Below, one piece after another: positions 1-12,604 of a DNA stretch of 58,926 bases. The number at the start of each line of letters is the position of its first letter. The first letter of the stretch is position 1. Below the pieces are notes generated by a model that had not been told where the DNA came from, ran no database searches, and was given only the letters and a program-made list of their open reading frames with translations. The DNA is from Octopus bimaculoides (taxonomy: Eukaryota). Made by a program: the position numbers and the translations under genes. The stretch spans positions 4,438,331 through 4,497,256 of the forward strand of contig NC_068999.1 in NCBI RefSeq assembly GCF_001194135.2. Reading direction: 5' to 3'.

Positions 1-25
1 CTCTCTCTCTCTCTCTCTCTCTCTG

Positions 26-67
<42 letters not shown>

Positions 68-413
68 CTCTCTTTCTCTCTGCCCCCCTCTCCTTCCCGC
101 CCGCCCGCCGCCCCTCTCTTTCATCTATGGATATGTATGTATGCATGTATGTCTGTATATAAGTATGTATGTATGTATGTATGCATGTATGTCTGTATGT
201 ATGTATGTATGTATGTATATATGTGTGCGTATGTATGTATGTATGTATGTATGTGCGTGTGTAAGTATGTATGTATGTGTGCATGTATGTGTATGAGTGT
301 CTATGTGTATATGAACGTATGTACGTATATACACATACACTCATCTATGTATGCATGTGTGCATCTATGTATGTATGTATATATGTATGTATGCATGTAC
401 GTATGTATGCACG

Positions 414-445
<32 letters not shown>

Positions 446-700
446 TGTGTGTACTTGTGTTTGTATGTGTGTACGTTAGTAGTATGTAAATTTTATTATA
501 GGTCAGATTGACCTATATACAGTAAAATGTTATTTTACAAGTATTTCAACATCACGTAACATGAGACTTTTTTTTAGCGTTACGCACTCACGCTCCTACA
601 CACAAACATACACACACACATACCTACACACGCGCGCACACACATACACACGCGCATACACATACATAAACATATACATTTATATATAAATTTCTGTCCA
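1..700. repeat. (CT)n, (TATG)n and (CA)n microsatellite block; representative of dozens of similar tracts
   Basis: Direct inspection. Confidence 0.95.
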
Positions 701-760
701 ATAGTTCCTTATCTTTATTAGTCTAGCTCAATAATAATTTTTTTTTTTAAGAGGTGAAAG

Positions 761-818
761 GCTGCTGGACGTTTTTTCCGGCACACTAACGATTTTACCA
801 ACTCGCCGTCTTAAAGGT
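761..818 (-). repeat. 58-bp exact inverted copy of 2842-2899 (SINE family C head variant)
   Basis: Base-by-base reverse-complement identity. Confidence 0.9.
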
Positions 819-1092
819 AAATCTTTATTCATTTATTCATTTTTACTCTATTTACTTTTACTCTTTACTCTATTTCATTCTTTATTCTATTTTAAAAATT
901 TTATGTACCCTACCATTAAGTTAATATATCTTATAAGTCTTTTAACCCTTTCAATATTTACAATAAGTAATAGATTGCCTGAAATGATTTCCACCTTAAT
1001 TGAATATTAATAATAACTATACAAACTTGAATTAAACGCTACATTACTAATTTGCTATTGCTTTAATATGGATGCACATATTATCACAATAC

Positions 1093-1660
1093 TCTTTACT
1101 CTTTTTACTCTTTTATTTGTTTCAGTCATTTGACTGCGGCCATGCTGGAGCACCGCCTTTAGTCGAGCAAATCGACCCCAGGACTTATCCTTTGTAAGCC
1201 TAGTACTTATTCTATCGGTCTCTTTTGCCGAACTGCTAAGTTACGGGGACGTAAACACAGTCACACAAACACACACACACATATATATATATNNNNNNNN
1301 NNNNNNNNNNNNNNNNNNNNNNNNNNNNNNNNNNNNNNNNNNNNNNNNNNNNNNNNNNNNNNNNNNNNNNNNNNNNNNNNNNNNNNNNNNNNNNNNNNNN
1401 NNNNNNNNNNNNNNNNNNNNNNNNNNNNNNNNNNNNNNNNNNNNNNNNNNNNNNNNNNNNNNNNNNNNNNTATATATATATACATATACATATATACGAC
1501 GGGCTTCTTTCAGTTTCCGTCTACCAAATCCATTCACAAGGCTTTGGTCGGCCCGAGGCTATAGTCGAAGACATTTGCCCAAGGTGCCACGCAGTGGGAC
1601 TGAACCCGGAACCATGAGGATGGTAAGCAAGCTACTTACCACACAGTCACTCCTGCGCCT
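1093..1660 (-). mobile_element. tRNA-derived SINE family A (CORE-like centre, internal microsatellite), near full length across a gap
   Basis: Reverse complement reads GTGTGGTAAG..GGTTCAGTCCC (A/B-box-like), GCACCTTGGGCAAG, a (TA)/(TG) tract, then the ..GACTGAAAC..AAAAGAGT tail; same sequence recurs many times in the window. Confidence 0.85.
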
Positions 1661-2167
1661 ATGACATATATATGACATTTATACCAACATATCTACTTGA
1701 GCTTTTCTTTTACTAAACAACCTAGATGGATCCACTGATCTATGTCTTGCTTTACAACTCTACTATAAACTACCTTCCACCCCTTTCGAAATGTCAAACT
1801 AATCACATCACACGTAAAATCTAATATATGAACCAAATGCACAAAATCAATCGAACAGATGGACATATTCTAAAAAAACATTCGCAAAACGCAACACAAA
1901 ATGCATCACATCCGACGTTTGGAGACATTCGCAGTTTCCCGTCCTGCGTGCGTGTTTGCTGTTGGCCTTGTAACTGAGCTGTTGATCTTAAGAGTCTCCT
2001 TAGAGCAGTTCGACCTCTTTCACAAAACAAAACGGGATGAGTCCGCTGTCATTTGAGATGATGCCATCATGACGTATGTACAGGAGTGTGTATATACGTG
2101 TGTATATACGTGTGTATACATGTATGTGTGTTTACGTATTACGTATGCATATATGTATGTGTTTGCA

Positions 2168-2207
<40 letters not shown>

Positions 2208-2621
2208 CACGCGCGTGTGTATGTATATATATGCATGTAGACTGGTTTAATATATACGCATGTACGTATGTATCTATGCATGTGTATATGTATGTGAATG
2301 CGTATGTCAGTACATGTTTATATAAATGTATGCCTATATGTGTATATATAAGTATTTATCATATGATAATCTAGAATATCCTCCGTATTTTTTCAGCTTC
2401 ATTAATGACATATAATTGTCATTTCTTAATTAGCCGTGTCCTTTGTTAGTTTTACCAATCCTAGTTTCTCAAGATTGCTGTTGAGGTTGTTAGGTACATA
2501 AAGATATGCCCCAATAATTACAACTACAAGTCTTAAAGTTCTAGTCTGGGCGAAGTAACTACAGATTCCTCATTAATTCACACGTTTGCTTTTACCATTA
2601 ATCTCTAATATTATGTTAACG

Positions 2622-3250
2622 CCCTTAAGGTGGCGAGCTGGAAAGAAACTTGAGCATGCCGGGTGAAATGCTTAACGGTATTTCGTCTGTCTTTACGTTC
2701 TGAGTTCAAATTCCGCCGCGGTTGATTTTGCGTTTCATCCTTTCGGGGTCGATAAATTAAGTACCAGTTGCGTACTGCCCCGACCCCAAAATTCCGGGCC
2801 TTGTGCCTAGAGTAGAAAAGAGTAAAAAAGATTATGTTAACACCTTTAAGACGGCGAGTTGGTAAAATCGTTAGTGTGCCGGAAAAAACGTCCAGCAGCA
2901 TTTCTTTCGGCTTAACGTTAGCGTTCAAGTGATTCTGCGGTCGACTTTACCTTTCATATTCGCGCGGCCGATAAAATAAGTACAAGTTGAACTCTGACGT
3001 CGATGTAATCGATTTCCCCCGAAACCAATATTGGGTTCAGCTTTTGGCCCAAAGCCAGCAAAATTCGGGGGAAGGGGTTAAGTCGATTACATGGGTCCTA
3101 GTGTTCAAATGGCACTTATTTTATCGACTCCGAAAAGGATGAAAGGCAAAGTCGACCCCGGCTGAATTTGAACTCAGAACGTAAAGAACGGACGAAATGC
3201 TGTCTAGCATTTCGTCCGGAGTGCTAACGATTCGGCAAGTTTGCCTCCTT
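2622..3250. mobile_element. Cluster of three SINE family C copies: 2622-2830 (+), 2842-3020 (+), 3050-3250 (-)
   Basis: Shared GGCGAG.TGG head, GAGTTCAAAT B-box-like motif and CCTTTCAT..GTCGATAAA..AAGTAC central motif. Confidence 0.8.
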
Positions 3251-4497
3251 TGATGGCCGACTGATTTCTAACCCTTGTGTAATTCCTTTTCTCAGTCCCA
3301 GATCCATTCTGTCTGGTCTGTGGTTCCTACATGTCTACTGACTCTTTGACAGGAACATTCCATCTGTATTCTTTCATATTTTAAATCTTCAATGCCATCC
3401 ACATCACTGTAACTTGTTACATTATTTTTTCTCTATTCAGAACTCTCCTATTGTACGGATTCCATTGTAAATTGTTTTGGCCACGGCACCATGCCTCCTC
3501 AATAATTACTTCTGCGATCACATTTTCAGACAACCACTTACGATAAGGACCACATCTCCGGTATTAAATTCTCTTGAGTTTTCATTGGCTTTAGCTTCCA
3601 ATTGTTTCACTCACATCCCTATCTCTTTTGTACATCCGATATTTTGTTCTTATCTCTTCTTCCTGGAGTAATTTGTTGTTATTTCCTCTTCCTGACTTAC
3701 GAAATCTAACCCTTCAAAAGTGAGACCTAATATGCCACCAATTTCTCCAATTTGGACCAAGTTGGTTATCGATAATACAGCAGTGGTGGAGTTTGAATGT
3801 GTGCCACTCAGGGCAACTCTTTTGCTCCCCCAACCTGGTGGCTGGAAGCAAATAAAGACATACATGGCAACTCCCAATATGCCGTCCCCATAAATATGTT
3901 TCTCGGGACGGAACCCCTCTCGTCTCCTTCCCTGACTACTCTACTGTATTACTATTGCAGCATGTCAGGAATGATATTTTAGTGGTCGCGTCATAGTACA
4001 GTTGTGCTATGGCATTTTCCAGCCAATCATGAAGTGAAACGGGAGTTTTAATCAGTTAGCGGCGGACGACCAGCATCGCTTTTTAATCATGGAACAGCCT
4101 CTTTATTTTTCACACCAACTTCGCGCCGCTAGCTTTGAATTTTTAGCTGCTTTCAACTTCGTTCCGTGAAATTCTGGATGACCTCAGCTCACTACTCTGG
4201 TCATGTTATGAGCGGTATATTTTTGTTTACGCAGGCTCCGTTCCTATTAACTTATAGCGACATCCAGCTGAATCTATTTTTCAAATGTAAGTTATAATGC
4301 ATTCCCTGACTCATGCACACACACAGGCTACTCTCTTTTTACTTGTTTCCTTTAAAAATTCCTTTTACCAACTTTCATACTATAAATTAGTGACCACACT
4401 CACTAAATTGGTGACACTATAAATGGACCCACACTGAACTATCGTTCATAGATGTCTGACAACACGGGCTAATGCATGCAGAGAGATCTAAAGGGCA

Positions 4498-4528
<31 letters not shown>

Positions 4529-5421
4529 TGTATGTATGTATGCGTGTGTGTATGTATGTATGTATGTATGTATGTATGTATGTGTGTGTGTGTGTATGTC
4601 AGTCAGATTGATCGGTGAGCTGAAACTTTCCCACCAAATGGTTTATAGAGTGTTCTGGAACTTTTTGCCGACAATATGTAAAAAGCGGGCAAATCTAACT
4701 AAAAAGAGAAGTATCAGATTCTACTGAAAGTTATATTGTCTGTCTTTATGTAATAGCTTCACAATTATTTTATCTTCAACAGCTAAAGACACCACACAGC
4801 AGAGTTATGCTGGTAACTGTCACGTAAAATCACTTTTATTTCCCTACCTAAATATGTTCTCGCTAATTATGAGTTGTTTTTGTATTATGTATCAGCATGT
4901 TGCAGTGACCAAATGTTATTTAATTCTTTACTTCTCAAATTCTATTATCTATTCAACTACTGTATATATATAATGTTCCTGGTTAAATAAACAGAATGAA
5001 AAATTATGCTCAGTTTACTGTAATTTCGTAAATTGAGCACAGAGCATAAATGTTGTTTATCGTCGAGAATTTATTAACTCTACCATAACCACAATGAAGT
5101 CTTATTTCTCGCGTTAAGTATTGTTATCTGTGTATTTATCTAAACATCTATCTATCTGTCCGTCTATCTGTCTGTCGACATTAAATATCTGCTTAGTTTA
5201 TGAATTTGTGCGTTTCCATGTTTATAATAGGAGAAAAGGAGACGAAAATTTGATAGAAAAGAGGAGGAAAGAAAAAAGCAAGAAGTTATAAAGTGAGGGA
5301 AAGCGGTGAAAGGGTGAAAGTTTAGAGCGAGAGGAAGAGGAACAGTTGTAGTAAAGGGCAAGTACATACAGAAAGTGGAAGTGAAAAGAAATAGAAACAG
5401 ATATGATAGGGAGGGAGATAG

Positions 5422-5458
<37 letters not shown>

Positions 5459-5534
5459 TAGTAGAAAGAGAAAAAGTAAGAAAAGCTAACGGGTGAGTAA
5501 AGAGAGAAGGGAGAAAGAGAGTGTAGTGCTATAA

Positions 5535-6150
5535 TTGTTTAGTCTCGGGTTAATCCTTATTGAACACACCTATGAGTAAAGGTATTCCATTTGTGACCAC
5601 CCGGTATATGTATGGACACGTCTAGGACTAAGTTATTTAAAGTATCTTTTCCTCCTTTAAAGGTGGTAGTGTGTGAATTGGGGGAAATTTGGTTGCTATT
5701 TCTAGCCGTTTAAACGATCGTTCATGTAAAAGAGGAGAAAGAGAGGAGGAAAGGGTAAAGGTAGAAAGGTGTAAGTGTACAGAAAGAGAAAGAAAGATAA
5801 GAAAAGGAATGGGGGAGTTAAATTTGATAGAGTAAGAGAGAGGGAGAGAGAGTATGAGAAAGTTGAAAAAAAGGGGAAGAGAACAAAGATAGCAAAAGAG
5901 TTATAAGAAGAGTAGAAGCATAGTGATGGTGGGAGGAATCCTGCATTGAAGGTGGTAGTTGTCTGTTTAGCCCAAGGCCAGTCCCGTTTGAAGAAAATTA
6001 TGATTAAAGACATTCTATTCATGGCCATTCGGTCTTCTTATATCATATTATATTATTCAAAAATGTTCTTTTGTGTTTTTAGACGGTTAGTGAGTAATTT
6101 CAGTGAGATTTGGCTGCTATTTCTAGCATATAGTATGACCATGTAGAGGT
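5535..6150 (+). repeat. Two diverged copies of interspersed repeat family D; further copies near 30350 (-), 33970 (+), 35680 (+) and 52010-52160 (-)
   Basis: Recurrent GA(A/G)ATTTGG(C/T)TGCTATTTCTAGC and (G)TGACCA(T)CC motifs. Confidence 0.55.
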
Positions 6151-6566
6151 GGTCTCCTTGATAGAGATGGCAGCAGTGGTGGTGGGTAGAGGTAAGTTAG
6201 TGAGGGTGCCACGAGTCAACTAGTGTTTCGGTAACATAGTGGTAGCAGTAGTAGTAGTGGGAGGCAGTGTTAATAAGGAAGGTGATTTCTCATCCTGTTA
6301 TTAAGCCTCAGGCGTTCTCCCCCTCTCTCACTATTTCTCTAGTTTTCTCCCCTCCCCCACCTCATTCAATACCACGTCTTCTCCCTCTCTCCCTCTCTTT
6401 CTCTCTTCACTTTCCGCACGCATTGTTTTCCTCTCACTTTTTAAACAAATACACACACACACACACACACACGCACAGAGGCACGCTAACACACACGCGC
6501 GTGCGCGTAGATACGGACAAACGCCAACAAATACATACATACATACATGCACACACATATATACAT

Positions 6567-6736
6567 AGCTTGCTTACCAACCTCATGGTTCCGGGTTCAG
6601 TCCCACTGCGTGGCACCTTGGGCAAGTATCTTCTACTATAGCCTCGGGCCGACCAAAGCTTTGTGAGTGGATTTGGTAGACGGAAACGGAAAGAAGCCCA
6701 TCATATATATGTATATATATATATATACACACACAC

Positions 6737-6772
<36 letters not shown>

Positions 6773-6971
6773 TTGTTTGTTCCCCCACCATCGCTTGATA
6801 ACCGATGCTGGTGTGTTTACGTCCTCGTAACTTAGCGGTTCCGCAAAAGAGACCGATAGAATAAGTACTAGGCTTACAAAGAATAAGTCCTGGGGTCGAT
6901 TTTCTCGACTAAAGGCAGTGCTCCAGCATGGCCGCAGTCAAATGACTGAAACAAGTAAAAGAGTAGAAGAG
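6567..6971 (+). mobile_element. SINE family A, nearly complete gap-free copy
   Basis: B-box-like GGTTCAGTCCC, CCTTGGGCAAG core, internal (TA)n(CA)n(TG)n, and 3' half ending GACTGAAACAAGTAAAAGAGT. Confidence 0.88.
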
Positions 6972-7499
6972 TATACATGCACACACACACACACACACAC
7001 ACTGCTGGATTGCAGCCATTCTTAAAATGGAACTAATAACGAATCTTGACCAATTAATATTGATAACCTTAATGAGAAGCAAAGTTCATTAGTGCTAAAG
7101 ACAACTGTTGTCCAACGAAGCAAGGGAGATAACTCTGAAATTTCAATTGACTAAAAATTAAACGATGGCATGCAGGCGTGCTCCGAATCTGATCTTCATT
7201 GCTATGGTAACAACTCTGGACACGTTCCGCACTTATTACACCTTTTCAGTGAAGGTGTGGTCTTGCAGCTATGTGTTTAGTATGTGGTTTGGTCATTTTG
7301 TGTTGATTAGCTTGTGGCTGAGGAGGTATAATTAGAACGAAACACGTTCGAAGTTGTCACCATAGTAACCGGACCAAAAGACTCACTCTGCGTCTTGATC
7401 ACATTACGGATAATTTTCAGCTAACAGCATTAAATATGTTATCTCGCACTTAACTGTATACCATTGATGCAGAGGGTCTCCTTAGAACGTTTTTCCAAA

Positions 7500-7546
<47 letters not shown>

Positions 7547-9321
7547 NNNNNNNNNNNNNNNNNNNNNNNNNNNNNNNNNNNNNNNNNNNNNNNNNNNNNN
7601 NNNNNNNNNNNNNNNNNNNNNNNNNNNNNNNNNNNNNNNNNNNNNNNNNNNNNNNNNNNNNNNNNNNNNNNNNNNNNNNNNNNNNNNNNNNNNNNNNNNN
7701 NNNNNNNNNNNNNNNNNNNNNNNNNNNNNNNNNNNNNNNNNNNNNNNNNNNNNNNNNNNNNNNNNNNNNNNNNNNNNNNNNNNNNNNNNNNNNNNNNNNN
7801 NNNNNNNNNNNNNNNNNNNNNNNNNNNNNNNNNNNNNNNNNNNNNNNNNNNNNNNNNNNNNNNNNNNNNNNNNNNNNNNNNNNNNNNNNNNNNNNNNNNN
7901 NNNNNNNNNNNNNNNNNNNNNNNNNNNNNNNNNNNNNNNNNNNNNNNNNNNNNNNNNNNNNNNNNNNNNNNNNNNNNNNNNNNNNNNNNNNNNNNNNNNN
8001 NNNNNNNNNNNNNNNNNNNNNNNNNNNNNNNNNNNNNNNNNNNNNNNNNNNNNNNNNNNNNNNNNNNNNNNNNNNNNNNNNNNNNNNNNNNNNNNNNNNN
8101 NNNNNNNNNNNNNNNNNNNNNNNNNNNNNNNNNNNNNNNNNNNNNNNNNNNNNNNNNNNNNNNNNNNNNNNNNNNNNNNNNNNNNNNNNNNNNNNNNNNN
8201 NNNNNNNNNNNNNNNNNNNNNNNNNNNNNNNNNNNNNNNNNNNNNNNNNNNNNNNNNNNNNNNNNNNNNNNNNNNNNNNNNNNNNNNNNNNNNNNNNNNN
8301 NNGTATATGCTTATTTGGTTTGGTGATCCTATAGAGTTAACGTAGATCTAAAGAGAAATAAAAGAAGAAAAGGAGAGAAAAAAGTTAAAACTAAAATCAC
8401 AAAAAGATACCAAAAGTTTTCGAGCGACCACTCTATAAATTGGTTCATTTAAAACAATTCCCCTATCGCTTTATATTGTCGCTCTAAATCTCACTATTTT
8501 TTTTTTGTCTCCCTTTCTATCTTTTCTTTTTTCCTTTCGTTTACTTCTTTTTTCCTACTTTTCCTTTCTATTTCTCAGGGTTTTTTTTTGTCTTTTCTAC
8601 ATTTCCATTGGGAACTACCTACGCCACCTCTATAGAATACCAAGAGCAACCAATCAAAATTTTGAGTTTATTTTCAGACATCTTACATTTCAACAGTACT
8701 TTAATTATACAAATGAATGAATAAATAAATAAATAAATAAATGAATAAATAAATAACTGAATAAATAAATAACTGCACGATCATTGTTAGTTTACTTGAT
8801 ACCTGATACCTGATGAATCGAAACGTAAAACTGTCAGTAGTAATGATTCTCTTCTAATATATGTAAAAAAAGTATGTAGGAACTATAGGCATACGAACAA
8901 GAAGACGTTGAATTTTCAGAAACCTGAGAGGACAGTGTCGATATTTTTCACCAGTTAAACAAAACCAAATATTATGACTTGGTTAACGACATACTTATCA
9001 ACGGATGGTACGCGGTCTCATTCTCCTTTTGAATCGGCTTCCTCGGTTTTCTAGCGAGATCGGTCCGCCATTTCCTGTTCAAGCTGACCTGCTGAAGGTG
9101 ACTGCAGATTGGTTTAGTATTCCTTGCCCCTACTCGGACAAAGCGTACAAACTAAGGAACGGAACGCTTGTGACTCTGAGATACCCACCGATGATTCGGA
9201 AATGTTTCCGATATAGATTCAAAAGAAAAACTTGCAGCACTGCGGCTTGAAATACCTCCGAGTAGCTCCTGCAGCTTCTCCTCTGAGCAAAGCATCTCCG
9301 ATGTTTAATTCCTCTGAACAT

Positions 9322-9755
9322 ATGGATCTGTTCTATTGAAAATATACAAGTAGAATATATTTTCTACTTGCTGTTAGTATTTGACTGTCACAAGTTCAAA
9401 TGCCAAGGCCTTAAGTTCTAGTAACAAGAAATTTTCCGGTGTATTTGTACATGAATGTCCAGACAAGTGAGTCTGTATATAAGTGTTTCACTATTAATGT
9501 CTCAGCAGATGAAGGCTAACTGAAATATAGTGAATGTATCTTCTCTGGCAACGCGTGTAGAAAGATCTGCTGTGTTGATGACAATATTGGTACAAAAACT
9601 TTGTTTGTGCTGAAGACAGCATGCGCCAAGATCTTTGTTCTGTTGGACGAGAACGTGTGAAAAATGAGTTACGATATACGTGCAGAAAAATATGTAACTG
9701 TACGGGCTGCAAGGATTATGATATACTGTGTGAAGTGGCATGCATGCTGGTATAG
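9322..9755 (+). pseudogene. Possible decayed gene for a small secreted Cys-rich (ShK-like/CxxxC-repeat) protein
   Basis: Signal-like IYFLLAVSI/LTVTSSNA; candidate 64-nt intron; ACRKIC, ACAKI and TCRKICNCTGCKDYDILC; requires one stop and two frameshifts. Confidence 0.3.
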
Positions 9756-9948
9756 CAGCATACAAATCGTTGAGTGGTTGAGAGTTAATTCAGTTAATTC
9801 TGTTGTACTCTAAATCCGTGTGGACGAGTTTGCATCACTGGGACGCCGAAAATATTATTCATCCTTTATTTTCCCTCCATCCATGAAACTTTAATGTGCA
9901 TTCACTATCGTATATACATAGACACAAGCGTTTGAATATATATATATG

Positions 9949-10007
<59 letters not shown>

Positions 10008-10080
10008 TGATAAGAGGGACAACAAAAGAGAGAAAGAGACCTCGATGTTATGTAAATAGAGGAATTTATCTGTAAAAATA

Positions 10081-10406
10081 TGTGGCACTTATTCGGTAGC
10101 CATGATAAAACTCCGAGTTTCGGATGCCGGGGCGGGAACCCNNNNNNNNNNNNNNNNNNNNNNNNNNNNNNNNNNNNNNNNNNNNNNNNNNNNNNNNNNN
10201 NNNNNNNNNNNNNNNNNNNNNNNNNNNNNNNNNNNNNNNNNNNNNNNNNNNNNNNNNNNNNNNNNNNNNNNNNNNNNCTCTTCAGTTATCCGGCCATTGA
10301 AAATTCCTGTGAAAAATGGCCGGATAACTGAAGAGATGTTGGCGTGGGTTCCCACCCCGGCATCCGAAACTCGGAGTTTTATCATGGCTACCGAATAAGT
10401 GTCACA
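10081..10406. mobile_element. Fold-back (fully palindromic) MITE flanked by TA, interrupted by an N-gap
   Basis: 10081-10141 is the reverse complement of 10346-10406 (2 mismatches); 10278-10298 pairs perfectly with 10315-10335 around a 16-nt loop. Confidence 0.85.
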
Positions 10407-11067
10407 TATGTTTACAGATATATATGTATATATAACAAACGAAGGAAAAAAAACGATTCCTTCAAAGGTGTGTGTTGACCGTAGACGCTACTCGTACGCG
10501 ATTATAGCCTATTTCCTTGGATCACACATTCTTTGTTATTTTAGAAGCATTTATGTAGTTACGAGCAGGCTAGGAGCTTCTTGACTCTCTCTCTCTCTCT
10601 CTCTCGCACACACATACACACATTTGTATCTCATCCGTTATCTTAATCCGAAGATTAAGTAGACTAGACCAGACAACAAAAGACTCAATAGAAAAAAAAT
10701 ATAGAAACTAAATATTTTATTACTTTCACGTGTCTTACACACAAATACGTTTGTTTCAAACCAGAGACTTTCTTCATACGAAATTCCTGGGTTTCAGACA
10801 AAAGTCCTTCTGTAAAATTTGCAGAAAGTAATAAAATACGAATGTGTGTGTGTGTGTGTGTGTGTAACTGTGCAGTCAGACTTCGCCTAAAGTACATTAT
10901 CGATGGGAACACGTGTCGTTTCATGGATTATCCGCCGCAGACTGGGTTTAATGATGGAAGCCTTGTGACATCTGTAAAGCCAGGCGGAAATACACGAACG
11001 GACACACACACACACATAAACATATTCGCGCGCACACAGCACACATATACAGACGCACACACGCATA

Positions 11068-11107
<40 letters not shown>

Positions 11108-11466
11108 AACACACACATATATACACACAAACACACGCACACATGTATATACAAACACACGTGCGCGCGCGCGCGCACACACACACACACATACACACAC
11201 ACGAAATACTACGCACGCACAGATACAAGTATAGCTGTGTTATGTCACTTCGACACAAAGATATTTGATTAGGACAGACTGTTGATGTAAGGTGTTTTTT
11301 GGTGATGGTAGCTGTAATGTTGGTGGTGGTGTTTTGCAGGGTGGCAGCGAGATGGAGGTCTCGGTGATAGTGGGTGGGTGGTGGTCACGGCAGCGGTGGG
11401 GAGTCCCTTCGGTTACACACGGAGCACATTACTATGCATGTATGTATGTATGCATGTGCGTTGATG

Positions 11467-11602
11467 GTGCGATGAGAAGCTTGCTTCCCAACCATATGGT
11501 TCCGGGTTCAGTCCCACTGTGTGAAACCTTGGGCAAGTGTCTTCTACTGTAGCTTCGGGCTTGTGAGTGGATTTGGTAGACGGAAACTGAAAGAAGCCCG
11601 TC

Positions 11603-11647
<45 letters not shown>

Positions 11648-12040
11648 ATACAAAGAATATATATACATGTATACACACATATATGTACATACTTACATCT
11701 ACATGTGTATATACATGCATATCAGGGTACAGGACGTTAGAACAATGAACTACAGACAACGGAACGNNNNNNNNNNNNNNNNNNNNNNNNNNNNNNNNNN
11801 NNNNNNNNNNNNNNNNNNNNNNNNNNNNNNNNNNNNNNNNNNNNNNNNNNNNNNNNNNNNNNNNNNNNNNNNNNNNNNNNNNNNNNNNNNNNNNNNNNNN
11901 NNNNNNNNNNNNNNNNNNNNNNNNNNNNNNNNNNNNNNNNNNNNNNNNNNNNNNNNNNNNNNNNNNNNNNNNNNNNNNNNNNNNNNNNNNNNNNNNNNNN
12001 NNNNNNNNNNNNNNNNNNNNNTATATACATATATGTATAC

Positions 12041-12073
<33 letters not shown>

Positions 12074-12277
12074 CGTATGTATTTGTGTGTCTGTATTTGT
12101 CCCACTATCATCGCTTGACAACCGATGCTGGTGTGTTTACGTCCCCGTAACTTAGCGATTCGGCAAAAGAAGCCTAGGCTTACAAACAATAAGTCCTGGG
12201 GTCGATTTCTTCGACTAAAAGTCGGTACTCCAGCATGGCCGCAGTCAAATGACTGAAACAAATAAAAGAATAAAAGA
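11467..12277 (+). mobile_element. SINE family A, halves separated by expanded microsatellite, extra sequence and an N-gap
   Basis: 5' half at 11467-11603 and 3' half at about 12080-12277 match the 6567 copy. Confidence 0.75.
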
Positions 12278-12295
12278 ATGTGTATGTGCGCGTGC

Positions 12296-12335
<40 letters not shown>

Positions 12336-12604
12336 NNNNNNNNNNNNNNNNNNNNNNNNNNNNNNNNNNNNNNNNNNNNNNNNNNNNNNNNNNNNNNNNT
12401 ATAATATAAATTGAAGTTGACCGACCGTTGTATTCTTTCTTGTCTTGAGGTTCAGGACCAAACGGCTGGGTGGATTCGCGTGAAAAATGGCACACACGTG
12501 GAGACGAGTGCATAGATTGGAACGCGCTTTCTATTTTTTTCCTAGCCCCCACACTTACAGAGAAAATCGATTAAAACAACCTGCGTGCGTGCGTGTATGT
12601 GAAT

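Noticed and set aside
3290-4260. Higher-complexity stretch with a weak LTR-integrase-like phrase on the minus strand (REFNTGDVVL)
   Set aside because: Many stops and too little motif support to call without a search
6567-6971. Assigning published names (e.g. octopus OR/OK SINEs, named core domains) to families A-E
   Set aside because: Cannot be verified without a repeat-library alignment, so neutral labels are used
9000-9320. ORFs of 63-81 aa on both strands; similar unique islands at 1821-2060 and 20020-20400
   Set aside because: No recognisable protein motifs or consistent splice sites; may be old transposon debris or UTR
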